The notes below the pieces were generated by a model that saw nothing but the letters and a program-made list of their open reading frames with translations, did no database searches and was not told the origin of the DNA. A program made the translations under genes and the position numbers. Source: Mobula hypostoma (Eukaryota). Taken from it: 64,000 nt of DNA. Location: the NCBI RefSeq assembly GCF_963921235.1, contig NC_086101.1, positions 558,001-622,000 of the forward strand, written 5' to 3'. Each line of letters begins with the position of its first letter. Position 1 is the stretch's first letter. Shown here piece after piece: positions 38,003-52,399 of the stretch.

Positions 38003-39365
38003 CATAGAAACATAGAAAATAGGTGCAGAAGTAGACAATTCGGCCCTTCGAGCCTGCACCGCCATTCAGTATGATCATGGCTGATCATCCAACTCAGAAC
38101 CCTGTACCAGCCTTCCCTCCATACCCGCTGATCCCTTTAGCCACAAGGGCCATATCTAACTCCCTCTTAAATATAGCCAATGAACTGGCCTCAACTGTTT
38201 CCTGTGGCAGAGAATTCCACAGAATCACCACTCTCTGTGTGAAGAAGTTTTTCCTAATCTCACTCCTAAAAGGCTTCCCCTTTATCCTCAAACTGTGACC
38301 CCTCGTTCTGGACTTCCGCAACATCGGGAACAATCTTCCTGCATCTAGCCTGTCCAATCCCTTTAGGATTTTATATGTTTCAATAAGATCCCCCCTCAAT
38401 CTTTGAAAGTTCAACGAGTATAAGCCTAGTTGATCCAGTCTTTCATCATATGATTTGAAAAATTATCACTTGCATCCAGTATTTCTTGGGCTACTTCCTG
38501 AAGCACTCTGGGATGCAGACCATCTGGCCCTGAGGATTTATCTGCCTTTAATCTCTTCAATTTACCTAACACCACTACCCTACTAACATGTATTTCCCTC
38601 AGTTCCTCCATTTCACTGGACCCTCTGTCCCCTACTATTTCCGGAAGATTATTTATGTCCTCCTTAGTGAAGACAGAACCAAAGTAGTTATTCAATTGGT
38701 CTGCCATGTCCTTGCTCCCCATAATCAATTCACCTGTTTCTGTCTGTAGGGGACCTATATTTGTCTTAAACAATCTTTTTCTTTTCACATATCTATAAAA
38801 GCTTTTACAGTTAGTTTTTATGTTCCCTGCCAGTTTTCTCTCATAATCTTTTTTCCCCTTTCTAATTAAGCCCTTTGTCCTCCTCTGTTGGACTCTGAAT
38901 TTCTCCCAGTCCTCAGGTGTGCCACTTTTTCTGGCTAATTTGTATGCTTTTTCTTTGGAATTGATACTATCCCTAATTTCTCTTGTCAGCCACGGGTGCA
39001 CTACCTTCCTTGATTTATTCTTTTGCCAAACTGGGATGAACAATAGTTGTAGTTCATCCAAGCAATCTTTAAATGCTTGCCATTGCATATCCACCGTCAA
39101 TCCTTTACGTGTCATTTGCCAGTCTATCTTAGCTAATTCACGTCTCATACCTTCAAAGTTACCCTTCTTTAAGTTCAGAACCTTTGTTTCTGAATTAACT
39201 ATGTCACTTTCCATCTTGATGAAGAATTCCACTATATTATGGTCACTCTTACCCAAGAAGCCTCTCACGACAAGATTGCTAATTAACCCTTCCTCATTGC
39301 TCAATACCCAGTCTAGAGTAGCCTGCTCTCTAGTTGGTTCCTCCACATGTTGGTTCAAAAAACCA
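38003..39365 (-). mobile_element. CR1 family C, 5'-truncated, RT core internally deleted at about 38452
   Basis: Matches 19915-20363, then jumps to the equivalent of 21406-22319. Confidence 0.9.
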
Positions 39366-39921
39366 ACATGATAAAAAACCTCATGATCAGCATAGTTAAT
39401 GCGATTAAGGCCAAGCTCGGTATTTGGATTTCAAATTTAAAGAATGGGAGGCTTACACATTTTCCCAATTTGTTATGTTACAGGCCATCAAGGAAACCAA
39501 TGCTTTTCGCCCTGAGCAGTAGTGTGCTTACCTAGACAAACTGGCAATAGAGTTCGATCGGCGTTTTGAGGAGTTAAATGTCATGAAAGATATTGCTGCA
39601 TTTATTTCAAACCCATTTCTGCCAATCGATATAGAACAGATAGCAGCCAAATTCCAGCAAGTATCTGGTGTGCCAAGTGATATTGAAATGGAAATGATTG
39701 ATTTGCAAAATGACATCGATGAAGGGTGGTGACTCTTGGGGGTTTGTCAGCAGGGAGAAGTTTCCTCATCTCACCACATGAGCACTAAAAGTCAGTGCCT
39801 ACTTCGGGTCAACTTATCTGTGTGAAATTGCATTTTCACAGATGAAAATTATTTAATCTAAGTACAGGAGCTGTCTTGCTGACAGACACCTCACAGACTG
39901 TTTCAGACTGGCTGTCTGTAG

Positions 39922-40918
39922 TGTCACGTACCCCGTGACGGGAATAAAGAACCAGCAGAGGTGGAAAACACTTTGGAGTCTAGTATTGCTATAAACTAAT
40001 AATATTTATTGGTAACTACGCAATACAGTAATATAAATGAAGATAAATCACACAAGTTAGCAATGATTATATATAAAAGTAAATGTGGAATATATATGTA
40101 TGAAAAACCAAGCTTCTTTAAGTCTGGGGTAAAAAGATACTGTCTTACGATGTTGAGTAAAGTTCATTTCAGTTCAATTCATGGTATTTATTAGAGTAAT
40201 GACGGGGAGAGAGAGAGAGTGAACTGAGTCCTCAGGTGAGCTGATGCCGTTGATCTTCTCCTCGTCCTCCGAAATCCTTTACACGTCACCGACTGTGACT
40301 TTAACCAGGGGGACCGGTCTTCTGTGGTGGAGCTATCACCCCGGCAAGGGTGGACACAATGACAACTCCCCACCAGTCAACCCCTTCTTCACGCTGGAAT
40401 AGCAATTTGGATCGATCCGCCTGATCGATCCTCCAAAACCCACTTTCTCTGTGGGCACAACAATGCTAATTCAGTGTCCAGATCATGTGTCTGAGGTCTG
40501 TATCATCTGACCTCCCATTTATTTCTCTGTGCTGAGCATCACCTGTCATTCAAAGAGTCCCTCCTTCCTTTGTCTGTAAAGGAATGCACAAGCAGACAAC
40601 CTGTCCTTGGAAGTAATATCAACAACTTGCCGAAAATCATAACATCGAGTGTCCATTAAATAATACCGCCTTCGGTTACCATAGTAACTTACGAGCTGCT
40701 CGGTGCTGTCTCCAGCTCAACTCAGTAGAAATCCAAAGTTACTTCCAATGCCTTAAAGTGACAGTCCAACCGTTGATCTTTGTCTCTCTCTCTCTGTCTT
40801 TTCAAAAGCAACACATCGGTGGTAAATAACTCTTTCTCTCTCTCCTTTCCAAACAAACCATCAATGATAAATGTCTCTCTCTGAACAGTTAATAGGGGCA
40901 CTCCTGGATCCCCTCACA
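39922..40918 (-). mobile_element. Solo LTR (about 1.0 kb), Gypsy-like
   Basis: TGT...ACA termini; 4-bp TSD GTAG/GAAG (1 mismatch); removing it restores the transposase frame (TGT AGT TAT TAC); AATAAA on the minus strand near 40005. Confidence 0.8.
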
Positions 40919-41784
40919 GAAGTTATTACCCAAATTTCAGGGAACTAGCAGAAAGTATTCAGCCCCAGTCATCACACTGAGGGGAACAGCCAATTTCTAT
41001 TCATTTATTTTTCGTGTTGAAATAACATTAAATAATGAAACTTAGATTTAAAGGTATGAAGTATTGTAATATTCTTAAAGACACTTGTTTGATATGCTAG
41101 TTTTTGTGTTTTCTTAGTTGAATTAATTTGAAAGTTTGACAAAAGCAGTTTATGTAATTCAAGTACCATTAGCCAAAATAAATAGCCTCAAGTTGGAAGT
41201 ACAATATGAGCTGTTTTTTCTCTAAACAATTTAGTATGTCAATCTTGCCTTTCACTAAGGCCGAGGTAGGGGATCTTGGGTTTAAAAAGGTTGGTGACCA
41301 CTACTCTACATTCATTAGTGTGCTTGGTTACATCCTCAATGATTTCAATCAGGTTCGTAAGGCACGATCTGCTGACTATCCCACATCTGGTTATGCTTCT
41401 CCAAATGCTCATAAATCCTGCCTCTCAGCAGCTTCTCCAACAACTTGCCCTCCGCTGAAGTAAGAACAACTGCTCTGTAATTTCCTGTCTTATCTCTACT
41501 CCCTTTCTTGAAAAGGCATCAATGTCTTCTAATCCTCTGGTACTTTTCCTCTCCCTATTGATGTGCAAAGATCATCGCCAGAGGCTCAGCAATTTCCTCC
41601 CTCACTTCCCACAGTAGCCTGGAGTATATCTCAAGTTGAGTACCCCCAACTTGAGCTGAAATTGGTAAAATTGTGATGCCAGAGCTCACATTCAGAGGAG
41701 ATCATATAGAAACATGTAAAATTATGAAAGGAAGAGATAAGATAGAGTCAGGAAAGTTGTTTCCACTGGTAGATGAGGCTAGAA

Positions 41785-43008
41785 CCTCCGTCTCCACCGC
41801 ATCTGCTCTCAGGACCTCTGTCTCCGCCGCGTCTGCTCTCAGGATGAGGCTTTTCATTCCAGGACGAGGAAGATGTCCTCCTTTTTTAAAGAAAGTGGCT
41901 TCCCTTCCTCCACCATCAACTCTGCTCTCAAACGCATCTTCCCCATTTCACGCACATCTGCTCTCACTCCCTCCTCCCGCCACCCCACTAGGAATAGGGT
42001 TCCCTTGGTCCTCACCTACCACCCCACCAGCCCCCGGGTCCAACATATTATTCTCCGTAACTTCCGCCACCTCCAATGGGATCCCACCACTAAGCACATC
42101 TTTCCCTCCCCCGCCTCTGCTTTCCACAGGGATCGCTCCCTTGGCAACTCCGTTGTCCATTCGTTCCCCCCCATCCCTCCCCACTGATCTCCCTCCTGGC
42201 ACTTATCCTTGTAAGCGGAACAAGAGCTACACGTGACCTTACACTTCCTCCCTTACCACCATTCAGGGCCCCAGACAGTCCTTCCAGGTGAGGTGACACT
42301 TCACCTGTGAGCCGGCTGGGGTGATATACTGCGTCCGGTGCTCCTGATGTGGCCTTCTATATATTGGCGAGACCCGATGCAGACTGGGAGATCGTTTTGC
42401 TGAACACCTACGCTCTGTCCGCCAGAGAAAGCAGGATCTCCCAGTGGCCACACATTTTAATTCCACATCCCATTCCCATTCTGACATGTCTATCCACGGC
42501 CTCCTCGACTGTAAAGATGAAGCCACACTCAGGTTGGAGGAACAACACCTTATATTCCGTCTGGGTAGCCTCCAACCTGAGGGCATGATCATTGACTTCT
42601 CTAACTTCCGCTAATGCCCCACCTTCCCCTCGTACCCATCTGTTATTTATTTTTATACACACATTCTTTCTTTCACTCTCCTTTTTCTCCCTCTGTCCCT
42701 CTGACTATACCCCTTGCCGATCCTCTGGTTCCCCCCCCCCCCCCACCGTCTTTCTCCCGGGACCTCCTGTCCCATGATCCTCTCATATCCCTTTTGCCAA
42801 TCACCTGTCCAGCTCTTGGCTCCATCCCTCCCCCTCCTGTCTTCTCCTATCATTTTGGATCTCCCCCTACCCCTCCCACTTTCAAATCTCTTACTAACTC
42901 TTCCTTCAGTTAGTCCTGACGAAGGGTCTTGGCCTGAAATGTCGACTGTTCCTCTTCCTAGAGATGCTGCGTGGCCTGCTGCGTTCACCAGCAACTTTGA
43001 TGTGTGTT
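41785..43008 (+). mobile_element. Penelope-like element, 5'-truncated: RT C-terminus, GIY-YIG endonuclease, pLTR
   Basis: MSSFFKESGFP...VPLVLTYHP; VIYCVRCS*CGLLYIGET...RFAEH...VATHFN; GCTAGAA repeated at 41778-41784 and 43009-43015; 30-bp tandem duplication at the 5' junction. Confidence 0.9.
42912..42947 (+). ncRNA. Minimal type I hammerhead ribozyme motif in the Penelope pLTR
   Basis: AGTC-CTGACGA-AGG(GTCTTGG)CCT-GAAA-TG-TC/GACT: stem I AGTC:GACT, CUGANGA core, stem II AGG:CCT, GAAA, UH site after 42943. Minimal hammerheads in Penelope-like elements are known. Confidence 0.72.
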
Positions 43009-43037
43009 GCTAGAAGTAGAGGACATTGCCTCAAGAT

Positions 43038-45058
43038 AGTAGTCATAGTCATACTTTATTGATCCTGGGGGAAACTGGTTTTTGTTACAGTTGCACCATA
43101 AATAATAAATAGTAATAAAACCATAAATGATTAAATAGTAATATGTAAATTATGCCAGTAAATTATGAAATAAGTCCAGGACCAGCCTATTGGCTCAGTG
43201 TGACTGACCCTCCAAGGGAGGAGTTGTAAAGTTTGATGGCCACAGGCAGGAATGACTTCCTATGACGCTCTGTGTTGCATCTCGGTGGAATGAGTCTCTG
43301 GCTGAATGTACTCCTGTGCCCACCCAGTACATTATGTAGTGGATGGGAGACATTGTCCAAGATGGCATGCAACTTAGACAGCATCCTCTTTTCAGACACC
43401 ACCGTGAGAGAGTCCAGTTCTATCCCCACAACATCATTGGTCTTACGAATGAGTTTGTTGATTCTGTTGGTGTCTGCTACCCTCAGCCTGCTGCCCCAGC
43501 ACACAACAGCAAACATGATAGCGCTGGCCACCACAGACTCGTAGAACATCCTCAGCATCGTCCGGCAGATGTTAAAGGACCTCAGTCTCCTCAAGAAATA
43601 GAGATGGCTCTGACCCTTCTTGTAGTCAGCCTCCGTGTTCTTTGACCAGTCCAGTTTATTGTTAATTCGTATCCCCAGGTACTTGTAATCCTCCACTATG
43701 TCCACACTGACCCCCTGGATGGAAACAGGGGTCACCGGTACCTTAGCTCTCCTCAGGTCTACCACCAGCTCCTTTGTCTTTTTCACATTAAGCTGCAGAT
43801 AATTCTGCTCACATGTTACAAAGTTTCCTACTGTAGCCCTGTACTCAGCCTCATCTCCCTTGCTGATGCATCCAACTATGGCAGTGTCATCCTAAAACTT
43901 CTGAAGATGACAAGACTCCGTGCAGTAGTTGAAGTCCGAGGTGTAAATGGTGAAGAGAAAGGGAGACAAGACAGTCCCCTGTGGAGCCCCAGTGCTGCTG
44001 ATCACTCTGTCGGACACACAGTGTTGCAAGCACACGTACTGTGTTCTGCCAGTCAGGTAATCAAGAATCCATGACACCAGGAAAGCATCCACCTGCTTCG
44101 CTGTCAGCTTCTCCCCCAGCAGAGCAGGGCAGATGGTGTTGAACGCACTGGAGAAGTCAAAAAACATGACCCTCACAGTGCTCGCTGGCTTGTCCAGATA
44201 GGCATAGACACGGTTCAGCAGGTAAACGATGGCATCCTCAACTCCTAGTCGGGGCTGGTAGGCGAACTGGAGGGGATCTAAGTGTGGCCTGACCATAGGC
44301 CGGAGCAGCTCCAGAACATGTCACTCCAGGGTCTTCATGATGTGGGAGGTCAATGCCACTGGTCTGTAGTTATTGAGGCCGCTGGGGTGTGGCGTCTTCG
44401 GCACAGGGACGAGGCAGGACGTCTTCCACAGTACAGGAATCCTCCGGAGACTCAGGCTCAGGTTGAATACATGGCGAAGTACTCCACATAGCTGAGGGGC
44501 ACAGGCTTTGAGCACCCTGGTACTGACACCATCCGGTCCTGCAGCCTTGCTTGGCTTGAGACGTTTCAGCTGTCTTCTCACCTCTTCAGCTGTGAAGCCC
44601 ACCGTGGTGGTTTTGTGTGGGGAAGAGGTATAGTCATGAGAGCAAGGTGAGGGAGTGTGAGGAGGGGTAGGAGGGGAGAGTGGAATATGTGTTGGTTGGG
44701 GGCTGACAACAGATGGCTCATGTGGGGGATGGGCAGGGGTCACAATGTCAAATCTGTTGAAGAACAGGTTAAGTTCATTGGCCCTGTCCACACTGCCTTC
44801 GGCTCCTCTGTTGCTAGTTTGCTGGAACCCAGTGATGGTCCTCATCCCCCTCCAGACATCTCTCATGTTGTTCTGCTGGAGTTTCCACTCAAGCTTCCTC
44901 CTGTACCTGTCTTTAGCCTCCCTGATCCTGGCTTTCAGGTCCCTCTGTATTGCCCTCAGCTCCTCCCTATTTCCATCTCTAAAAGCCCTCTTTTTAGCGT
45001 TCAGGATGTCCTTAATGTCCTTTGTCAACCATGGCTTGTTATTTGAATATCAAAGGAC
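43038..45058 (-). mobile_element. Rex1/Babar-like LINE, family a, 5'-truncated
   Basis: ORFs 44321-45028, 43892-44296 and 43187-43786 with RT motifs; (TATGAC)n tail; AGAT at both junctions. Confidence 0.92.
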
Positions 45059-45384
45059 AGATTCGGGGGAAATTGGGATGGAGATGAGGAGGAACTGCCT
45101 TTCCCAGAGGGTGGTGAGTCTGTGGATTTCTCTGCCCAATGAAGGAGTGGAGGCTACCTGAGTAAATAAATTTGAGAAAAGATTGGATCGATTTTGGCAT
45201 AGTTGGGGAATTAAGTGTTATGGGGAAAAGGCAGGTAGGTGGAGATGAGTCCATGGCCAGATCAGCCATGATCTTATTCAATGGTGGAGCAGGCTCGACG
45301 GGCCAGATGGCCGACTCCTGCTCCTATTTCTTATGTTCTTATGTTCTCACCACAGACTAAAATCTCTCCTGAAATATTGTCCTT

Positions 45385-46094
45385 CACCCATTGATGTCTT
45401 TTGCAAATATTTTTACAGGTTTGAAATGGCAGAACACTTGTGCACGGGAATCTCAAACACAACAACATATCAGTTTTGCTGAGTCTGTCTGGATATTTAA
45501 GGAGTGACCAAGTATTTTCTTTGCTACACCAACACATCTGTTATCGATCCTTGCAGATGAAGGTGATCCCAGATCACATCCCAGCTGGTGATGCATTCTG
45601 TCTCTGAAATGAAGTTCTCTGTTTTAACTCTGTGAAATCCACTGGAACTGGGAGCTGAGAACACACCAGCATTTGTTTACTGGAGATCAGTTCTTCAACT
45701 GCATTGATTGTACAAGGGATTCAAACATCTGACTTTCTAAATTGCCAGAGAATTGATCGTAGTGAGATATCATTCTCCTTCTCTCAGTGTGGGAAGAGTT
45801 TCACTCACAGGCTACCCGCAGACACGCCAGTGAGTTCACAGTGGGGAGAGGCTATTCACCTGCTCTGTGTGAGGTAGGGGAACCTCTCAGTCATCCAGTC
45901 TGAAGGTACATCAGCAAGTTCACACCATAGTGAGATGCTCCACCTGTTCTGGAAGCGGGAAGCCATTCTGTTATCGATGGTAATGGTATATCAGAAAATT
46001 CACCAGTGAGGGGACATTGACCTGCTCGGACGGTGGGAAGGCATTCACACACTCAGCCACACCACAGTGACACCAGCGAGTTCACACCGGGGAG
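45385..46094 (+). promoter_or_regulatory. Putative splice acceptor (TTTTTACAG|G, AG at 45417-45418) and leader with decayed fingers
   Basis: Homologous to 2480-2900; about four degenerate finger units at 45770-46094. Confidence 0.6.
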
Positions 46095-47300
46095 ATGCCA
46101 TTCACCTGCTCTGAATGTGGGAAAGAGTTCACTCAATCATCTCAGCTGAATGAACACCAGCGAGTTCACACTGAAAAGATACTGTTCACCTGCTCAGACT
46201 GTGGGAAGGGATTCACTCAGTCAAATCACCTGCTACAACATCAGTTAGTTCACACTGGGGAGAGGCCATTCACCTGCTCAGACTGTGGGAAGCGATTCAA
46301 TCACCCGTCTAACCTACAGAGACACCAGCGAGTTCACACCGGGGAGAAGCCATTCACATGCTCTGAATGTGGGAAGGTATTTGCTCGGTCATCTCAACTG
46401 AAGTTACATCAGCGAGTCCACACTGGGGAGAAGCCGTTCACTTGCTCTGAATGTGGGAAGGTATTTGCTCGGTCATCTCAACTGAAGTTACATCAGCAAG
46501 TTCACTCTGGGGAGAAGCCGTTCAGCTGCTCTGAATGTGGGAAAGGATTTATTCGTTCATCTCTGCTCTTGCGACACCAGCAAATTCACACTGGAGAGAA
46601 GCCGTTCATCTGCTCAGAATGTGGGAAGGGATTCACTCAATCATCCAACCTACTGACACACCAGCGAGTTCACACTGGTGAGAAGCCGTTCACTTGCTCT
46701 GCCTGTGGGAAGGGATTTGCCCAGTCATCTGAACTGAAGTTACATCAGCGAGTTCATACTGGGGAGATGCCGTTCACTTGCTCTGAATGTGGGAAAGGAT
46801 TCGTTGTGTCATCTCGACTGAAGTTACATCAGCGAGTTCACACTGGGAAGAAGCCGTTCACCTGCTCAGACTGTGGGAAGGGGTTCACTCAGTTGTCCAA
46901 CCTGCAGAGTCACCAGCGAGTTCACACTGGGGAGAAGCCGTTCACTTGCTCTGAATGTGGGAAGGTATTTTCTCGGTCATCTGAACTGAAGATACATCAG
47001 CGAGTTCACACTGGGCAGAGGCCATTCACCTGCTCTGAATGTGGGAAGGGATTTACTCAATCGTCCAACCTACAGAGACACCAGCGAGTTCACACTGGGG
47101 AGAAGCCATTCACATGCTCTGAATGTGGGAAAGGATTCATCCAGTCATCTGAACTGATGTTACATCAGCGAGTCCACACTGGGGAGAAGCCGTTCACCTG
47201 CTCTGAATGTGGGAAGCGATTCACCAAGTCAGCTAATCTGAAGGAGCATCAGCGAGTTCACACTGGGGAGAAGCCGTTCACCTGCTCTGAATGTGGGTAG
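46095..47300 (+). CDS. Tandem C2H2 zinc-finger protein, 14 complete fingers, stops at TAG in finger 15 (ZNF-2)
   Basis: 401-aa ORF of regular 28-aa units; ATG start; stop is AAG>TAG in CSECG[K]. Confidence 0.72.
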   Translation: MPFTCSECGKEFTQSSQLNEHQRVHTEKILFTCSDCGKGFTQSNHLLQHQLVHTGERPFTCSDCGKRFNHPSNLQRHQRVHTGEKPFTCSECGKVFARSSQLKLHQRVHTGEKPFTCSECGKVFARSSQLKLHQQVHSGEKPFSCSECGKGFIRSSLLLRHQQIHTGEKPFICSECGKGFTQSSNLLTHQRVHTGEKPFTCSACGKGFAQSSELKLHQRVHTGEMPFTCSECGKGFVVSSRLKLHQRVHTGKKPFTCSDCGKGFTQLSNLQSHQRVHTGEKPFTCSECGKVFSRSSELKIHQRVHTGQRPFTCSECGKGFTQSSNLQRHQRVHTGEKPFTCSECGKGFIQSSELMLHQRVHTGEKPFTCSECGKRFTKSANLKEHQRVHTGEKPFTCSECG

Positions 47301-48264
<964 letters not shown>

Positions 48265-49314
48265 ATAGAACATAGAATAGTACAGCACAGTACAGGCCCT
48301 TTGGCCCACAATGTTGTGCCGACCCTCAAACCCTGCCTCCCATATAAGCCCCCGCCTTAGATTCCTCCATATACCTGTCTAGTAGTCTCTTAAACTTCAC
48401 TAGTGTATCTGCCTCCACCACTGACTCAGGCAGTGCATTCCACACACCAACCACTCTCTGAGTAAAAAACCTTCCTCTAATATCCCCCTTGAACTTCCCA
48501 CCCCTTACCTTAAAGCCATGTCCTCTTGTATCGAGCAGTGGTGCCCTGGGGAAGAGGCGCTGGCTATCCACTCTATCTATTCCTCTTATTATCTTGTACA
48601 GCTCTATCATGTCTCCTCTCATCCTCCTTCTCTCCAAAGACTAAAGCCCTAGCTCCCTTAATCTCTGATCATAATGCATACTTTCTAAACCAGGCAGCAT
48701 CCTGGTAGATCTCCTCTGTACCCTTTCCAGTGCTTCCACATCCTTCCTATAGTGACGTGACCAGAACTGGACACACTACTCCAAGTGTGGCCTAACCAGA
48801 GTTTTATAGAGCTGCATCATTACATCGCGACTCTTAAACTCTATCCCTCAACTTATGAAAGCTAACACCCCATAAGCTTTCTTAACTACCCTATCCACCT
48901 GTGAGGCAACTTTCAGGGATCTGTGGGCATGTACCCCGAGATCCCTCTGCTCCTCCACACTACCAAGTATCCTGCCATTTACTTTGTACTCTGCCTTGGA
49001 GTTTGTCCTTCCAAAGTGTACCACCTCACACTTCTCCAGGATGAACTCCATCTGCCACTTCTCAGCCCACTTTTGCATCCTATCAATGTCTCTCTGTAAT
49101 CTTTGACAATCCTCTACACTATCTACAACACCACCAACCTTTGTGTCATCTGCAAACTTGCCAACCCACCTTTCTACCCCACATCCAGGTCGTTAATAAA
49201 AATCACGAAAAGTAGAGGTCCCAGATCAGATCCTTGTGGGACACCAGTAGTCACAATCCTCCAATCTGAATGTACTCCCTCCGCCACTATCCTCTGCCTT
49301 CTGCAGGCAAGCCA
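48265..49314 (-). mobile_element. CR1 family A 3' part
   Basis: Near-identical to 28-1078. Confidence 0.92.
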
Positions 49315-49448
49315 GGGCATCAAAGGTTATGGTGAGAAGGCAGGGGAGTGGGACTAAATAGGAAAATGGATCAGCTCATGATAAAATGGTGCAGCAGACT
49401 CGATGGGCCGAATGGCCTACTTCTGCTCCTTTGTCTTATGGTCTTATG
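49313..49448 (+). mobile_element. CR1 family D 3' tip
   Basis: Reverse-complement match to 50120-50245; TCTTATGG tail. Confidence 0.8.
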
Positions 49449-50121
49449 CTTCTCATACAGTAACCCTTTCCTGGAATCATTTTTGTGAATCTTCTCTGAA
49501 CCTTCTCCAATGTCAGTATATGCTTTCTAAAATAAGGAGCCCAGAACTGCACACAATATTCCAAGTGTGGTCTCATGAGTGCCTTATAGGGCCTCAACAT
49601 CACATCCCTGCTGTTATATTCTATACCTCTGGAAATGAATGCCACCATTACATTCACCTTCTTCACCACCGACCGACTCAACCTGGAGGTTAACCTTTAG
49701 GGTATCCTGCACAAGGTCTCCCAAGTTCCTTTGCATCTCCGCATTTTGAATTCTCTCCCAATATAAATAATCATCTGTCTGTTTATTTCTTCCACCAAAG
49801 TGCATGACCATACACTTTCCAACATTGTATTTCATTGTTTAGTTCTTTATCCATTCCCCTAAACTATCTAAATTTCTCTGCAAGCTCTCTGTTTCCTCAG
49901 CACTACCCGCTCCTCCACAGATTTTGTGTCATCGACAAATTTAGCTACAAATCTATTAATCCCATAGTTGAAATCATTGACAGACAGCAGAAAGCAGTGG
50001 TCCAAACACCGACCACTGTAGAACTCCGGCAGCGAGCCAGAATAGGATCCCATTATTCCCACTCCGTTTTCTGTTGATCAGCCAATGCTCCACCCATGCT
50101 AGTAACTTTGCATTAATTCCA

Positions 50122-51889
50122 TAAGACAAAGGAGCAGAAGTCGGCCATTCGGCCCATCGTCTGCTCTGCCATTTTAGCATGAGCTGATCCATTCTCCCAT
50201 TTAGTCCATCTCCCCCACCTTCTCACCATAACATTTGATGCCCTGCCTACTCAGATACCTATCAATCTCTGCCTTAAATACACCCAATAATTTGGCCTCC
50301 ACTGCCGCCTGTGGCAACAAATTCCATAGATTCGCCACCCTCTGGCTAAAAAAATTTCTTCACATCTCTGTTCTGAATGGGCGCCCTTCAATCCTTAAGT
50401 CATGCCCTCTCGTACTAGACTCCCCCATCATGGGAAACAACTTTGCCACATCCACTCTGACCATGCCTTTCAACATTCGAAATGTGTCTATGAGGTCTCC
50501 CCTCATTCTTCTAAACTCCAAGGAATACAGTCCAAGAGCGGACAAACGTTCCTCATATGTTAACCCTCTCATTCCCGGAATTATTCTAGTGAATCTTCTC
50601 TGTATCCTCTCCAATGTCAGCACATCCTTTCTTAAATAAGGAGACCAAAACTGCCCACAGTACTCCAAGTGAGGTCTTACCAGCGCCTTTTCGAGCCCCA
50701 ACATCACATCCCTGCTCCTATACTCTATTCCTCTAGAACTGAATGCCAACATTGCATTCGTCTTCCTCACCACCGACTCAACCTGGAGGTTAACCTTAAG
50801 GGTATCCTGCACGAGGACTCCCAAGTCCCGTTGCATCTCAGAACTTTGAATTCTCTCCTATTTAAATAATAGTCTGCCTGTTTATTTCTTCTGTCAAAGT
50901 GCAGAACCATACACTTTCCAACATTGTATTTCATTTGCTGCGTCTTTGCCCATTCTTCCAATCTGTCCAAGTCTCTCTGCAGACTCTCTGATTCCTCAGC
51001 ACTACCGGCCCCTCCACCTATCTTCGTATCATCAGCAAACTTAGCCACAAAGCCATCTATTCCATAATCTAAATCGTTGATGTACAACTTAAAAAGAAGC
51101 GACCCCAACATGGACCCCTGTGGAAAACCACTGGTAACCGGCAGCCAACCAGAATAGGATCCTTTTATTCCCACTCTCTGCTTCCTGCCTATCATCCAAT
51201 GCCCTATCCACGTATGTAACTTTCCCATAGTTCCATGGGGTCTTATCTTGTTAAGCAGCCTTATCTGTGGCACCTTGTCAAAGGCTTTCTGAAAATCCAA
51301 ATATACAACATTCACTGCGTCTCACTTGTCTAGCCTACTTGTAATTTTCTCAAAAAATTGGAATAGGTTTGGCAGGCAGGACTTTCCTTTAAAGAAACCA
51401 TGCTGAGTTCTGCCTATCTTGTCATATGCCTCCAGGTACTCTGTAACCTCATCCTTGACAATCGACTCCAACAACTTCCCAACCACCAATGTCAGGCTAA
51501 CAGGTCTATAATTTCCTTTTTGCTGCCTTGCCCCCTTCCAAAATAGCAGAGTGACATTTGCAATCTTCCAGTCCTCCGGAACCATGCCAGAATCCATCGA
51601 CTTTTGAAAGATCATTGCTAATGCCTCCGCAATCTCCGCAGCAACTTCCTTCAGAACACGAGGGCGCATTCCATCTGGTACAGGAGATTTATCTACCCTT
51701 AGACTATTCAGCTTCCTGAGTACTTTCTCTGTCGTAATTATGACTGCGCACACTTCTCTTCCCTGCCACCCTTGAGTGTCCGGTATTCTGCTGATGTCTT
51801 CCTCAGTGAAGAATGATGCAAAATACTCGTTCAGTTCTTCTGCCATCTCCTTATCTCCCATTACAATTTCTCCAGCATCATGGAATCGG
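50122..51889 (-). mobile_element. CR1 family D, 5'-truncated
   Basis: ORFs 51322-51861, 50767-51315 and 50360-50836; 8-bp TSD TAATTCCA (50114-50121, 51890-51897). Confidence 0.9.
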
Positions 51890-52399
51890 TAATTCCACGG
51901 GCTCTTATCATGCAGTACAGTACGTTGTCAAAGGCCCACTGAAATTCCAAGTACACCATATCTACAGCATCTCCTTTGTCTATCCTGCTTGTAATTTCCT
52001 CAAAGAATTGCAGTAGGTTAGTCAGGCAGCATTTTTCTTTTAGGAAACCATGTTGGCTTTGGTCTACCTTCTCATGTGCCTCCCAGTACTCCGTAAACTC
52101 GTCCCGAACAATCGAACCCAACAACTTCCCAACCACTGATGTCAGGCTAACAGGTCTATCGTTTCCTTTCTGCTCCTCCCACCCTTCTTAATAGCGGAGT
52201 AACATTTGCAATTTTCCAGTCATCCAATATAATATGAGAATCTGTCGATTCTTGAAAGATGGTTGTTAAAGCCTCCGCAATCTCTCCAGCTATTTCCTTC
52301 AGAACCCGAGGGTGCATTCCATCAGGTCCGGGAGATTTATCCACCTTCAGACTATTATGCTTCTTGAGCACCTCCTAAGTCGTAATTTTCTCTGCACAT

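Larger units (their letters stand above)
37699..40980 (+). pseudogene. hAT transposase remnant (GTF2IRD2/EPM2AIP1-like family)
   Basis: N-terminal BED-like region FHSEWEEEFLF...CMLC...NLERHHNTNH; C-terminal THFPNL and FGSTYLCEIAFSQMKII...LAVCSYYPNF...QSSH*; middle replaced by CR1-C; split by an LTR. Confidence 0.85.
36973..41303 (+). mobile_element. hAT (Charlie/SPIN-like) DNA transposon, defective
   Basis: 15-bp TIRs TAGTGGCCGCCAACC / GGTTGGTGACCACTA (13/15 match); perfect 8-bp TSD CTCTACAT at 36965-36972 and 41304-41311. Confidence 0.93.
34885..41632 (-). mobile_element. Old decayed CR1 (34885-35643, 36610-36972, 41304-41632) hosting CR1-C and hAT
   Basis: Degenerate CR1 ORF2 peptides (QRDLGVHV, MRGDLTDVYK); the pieces are collinear once inserts are removed. 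Confidence 0.78.
41690..45347 (+). mobile_element. CR1 3' end (41690-41784, 43009-43037, 45059-45347) split by Penelope and Rex1
   Basis: Pieces join to RGDHIETCKIMKG...EARSRGHCLKI...EMRRNCLSQRVV; TTCTTATG tail. Confidence 0.82.
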
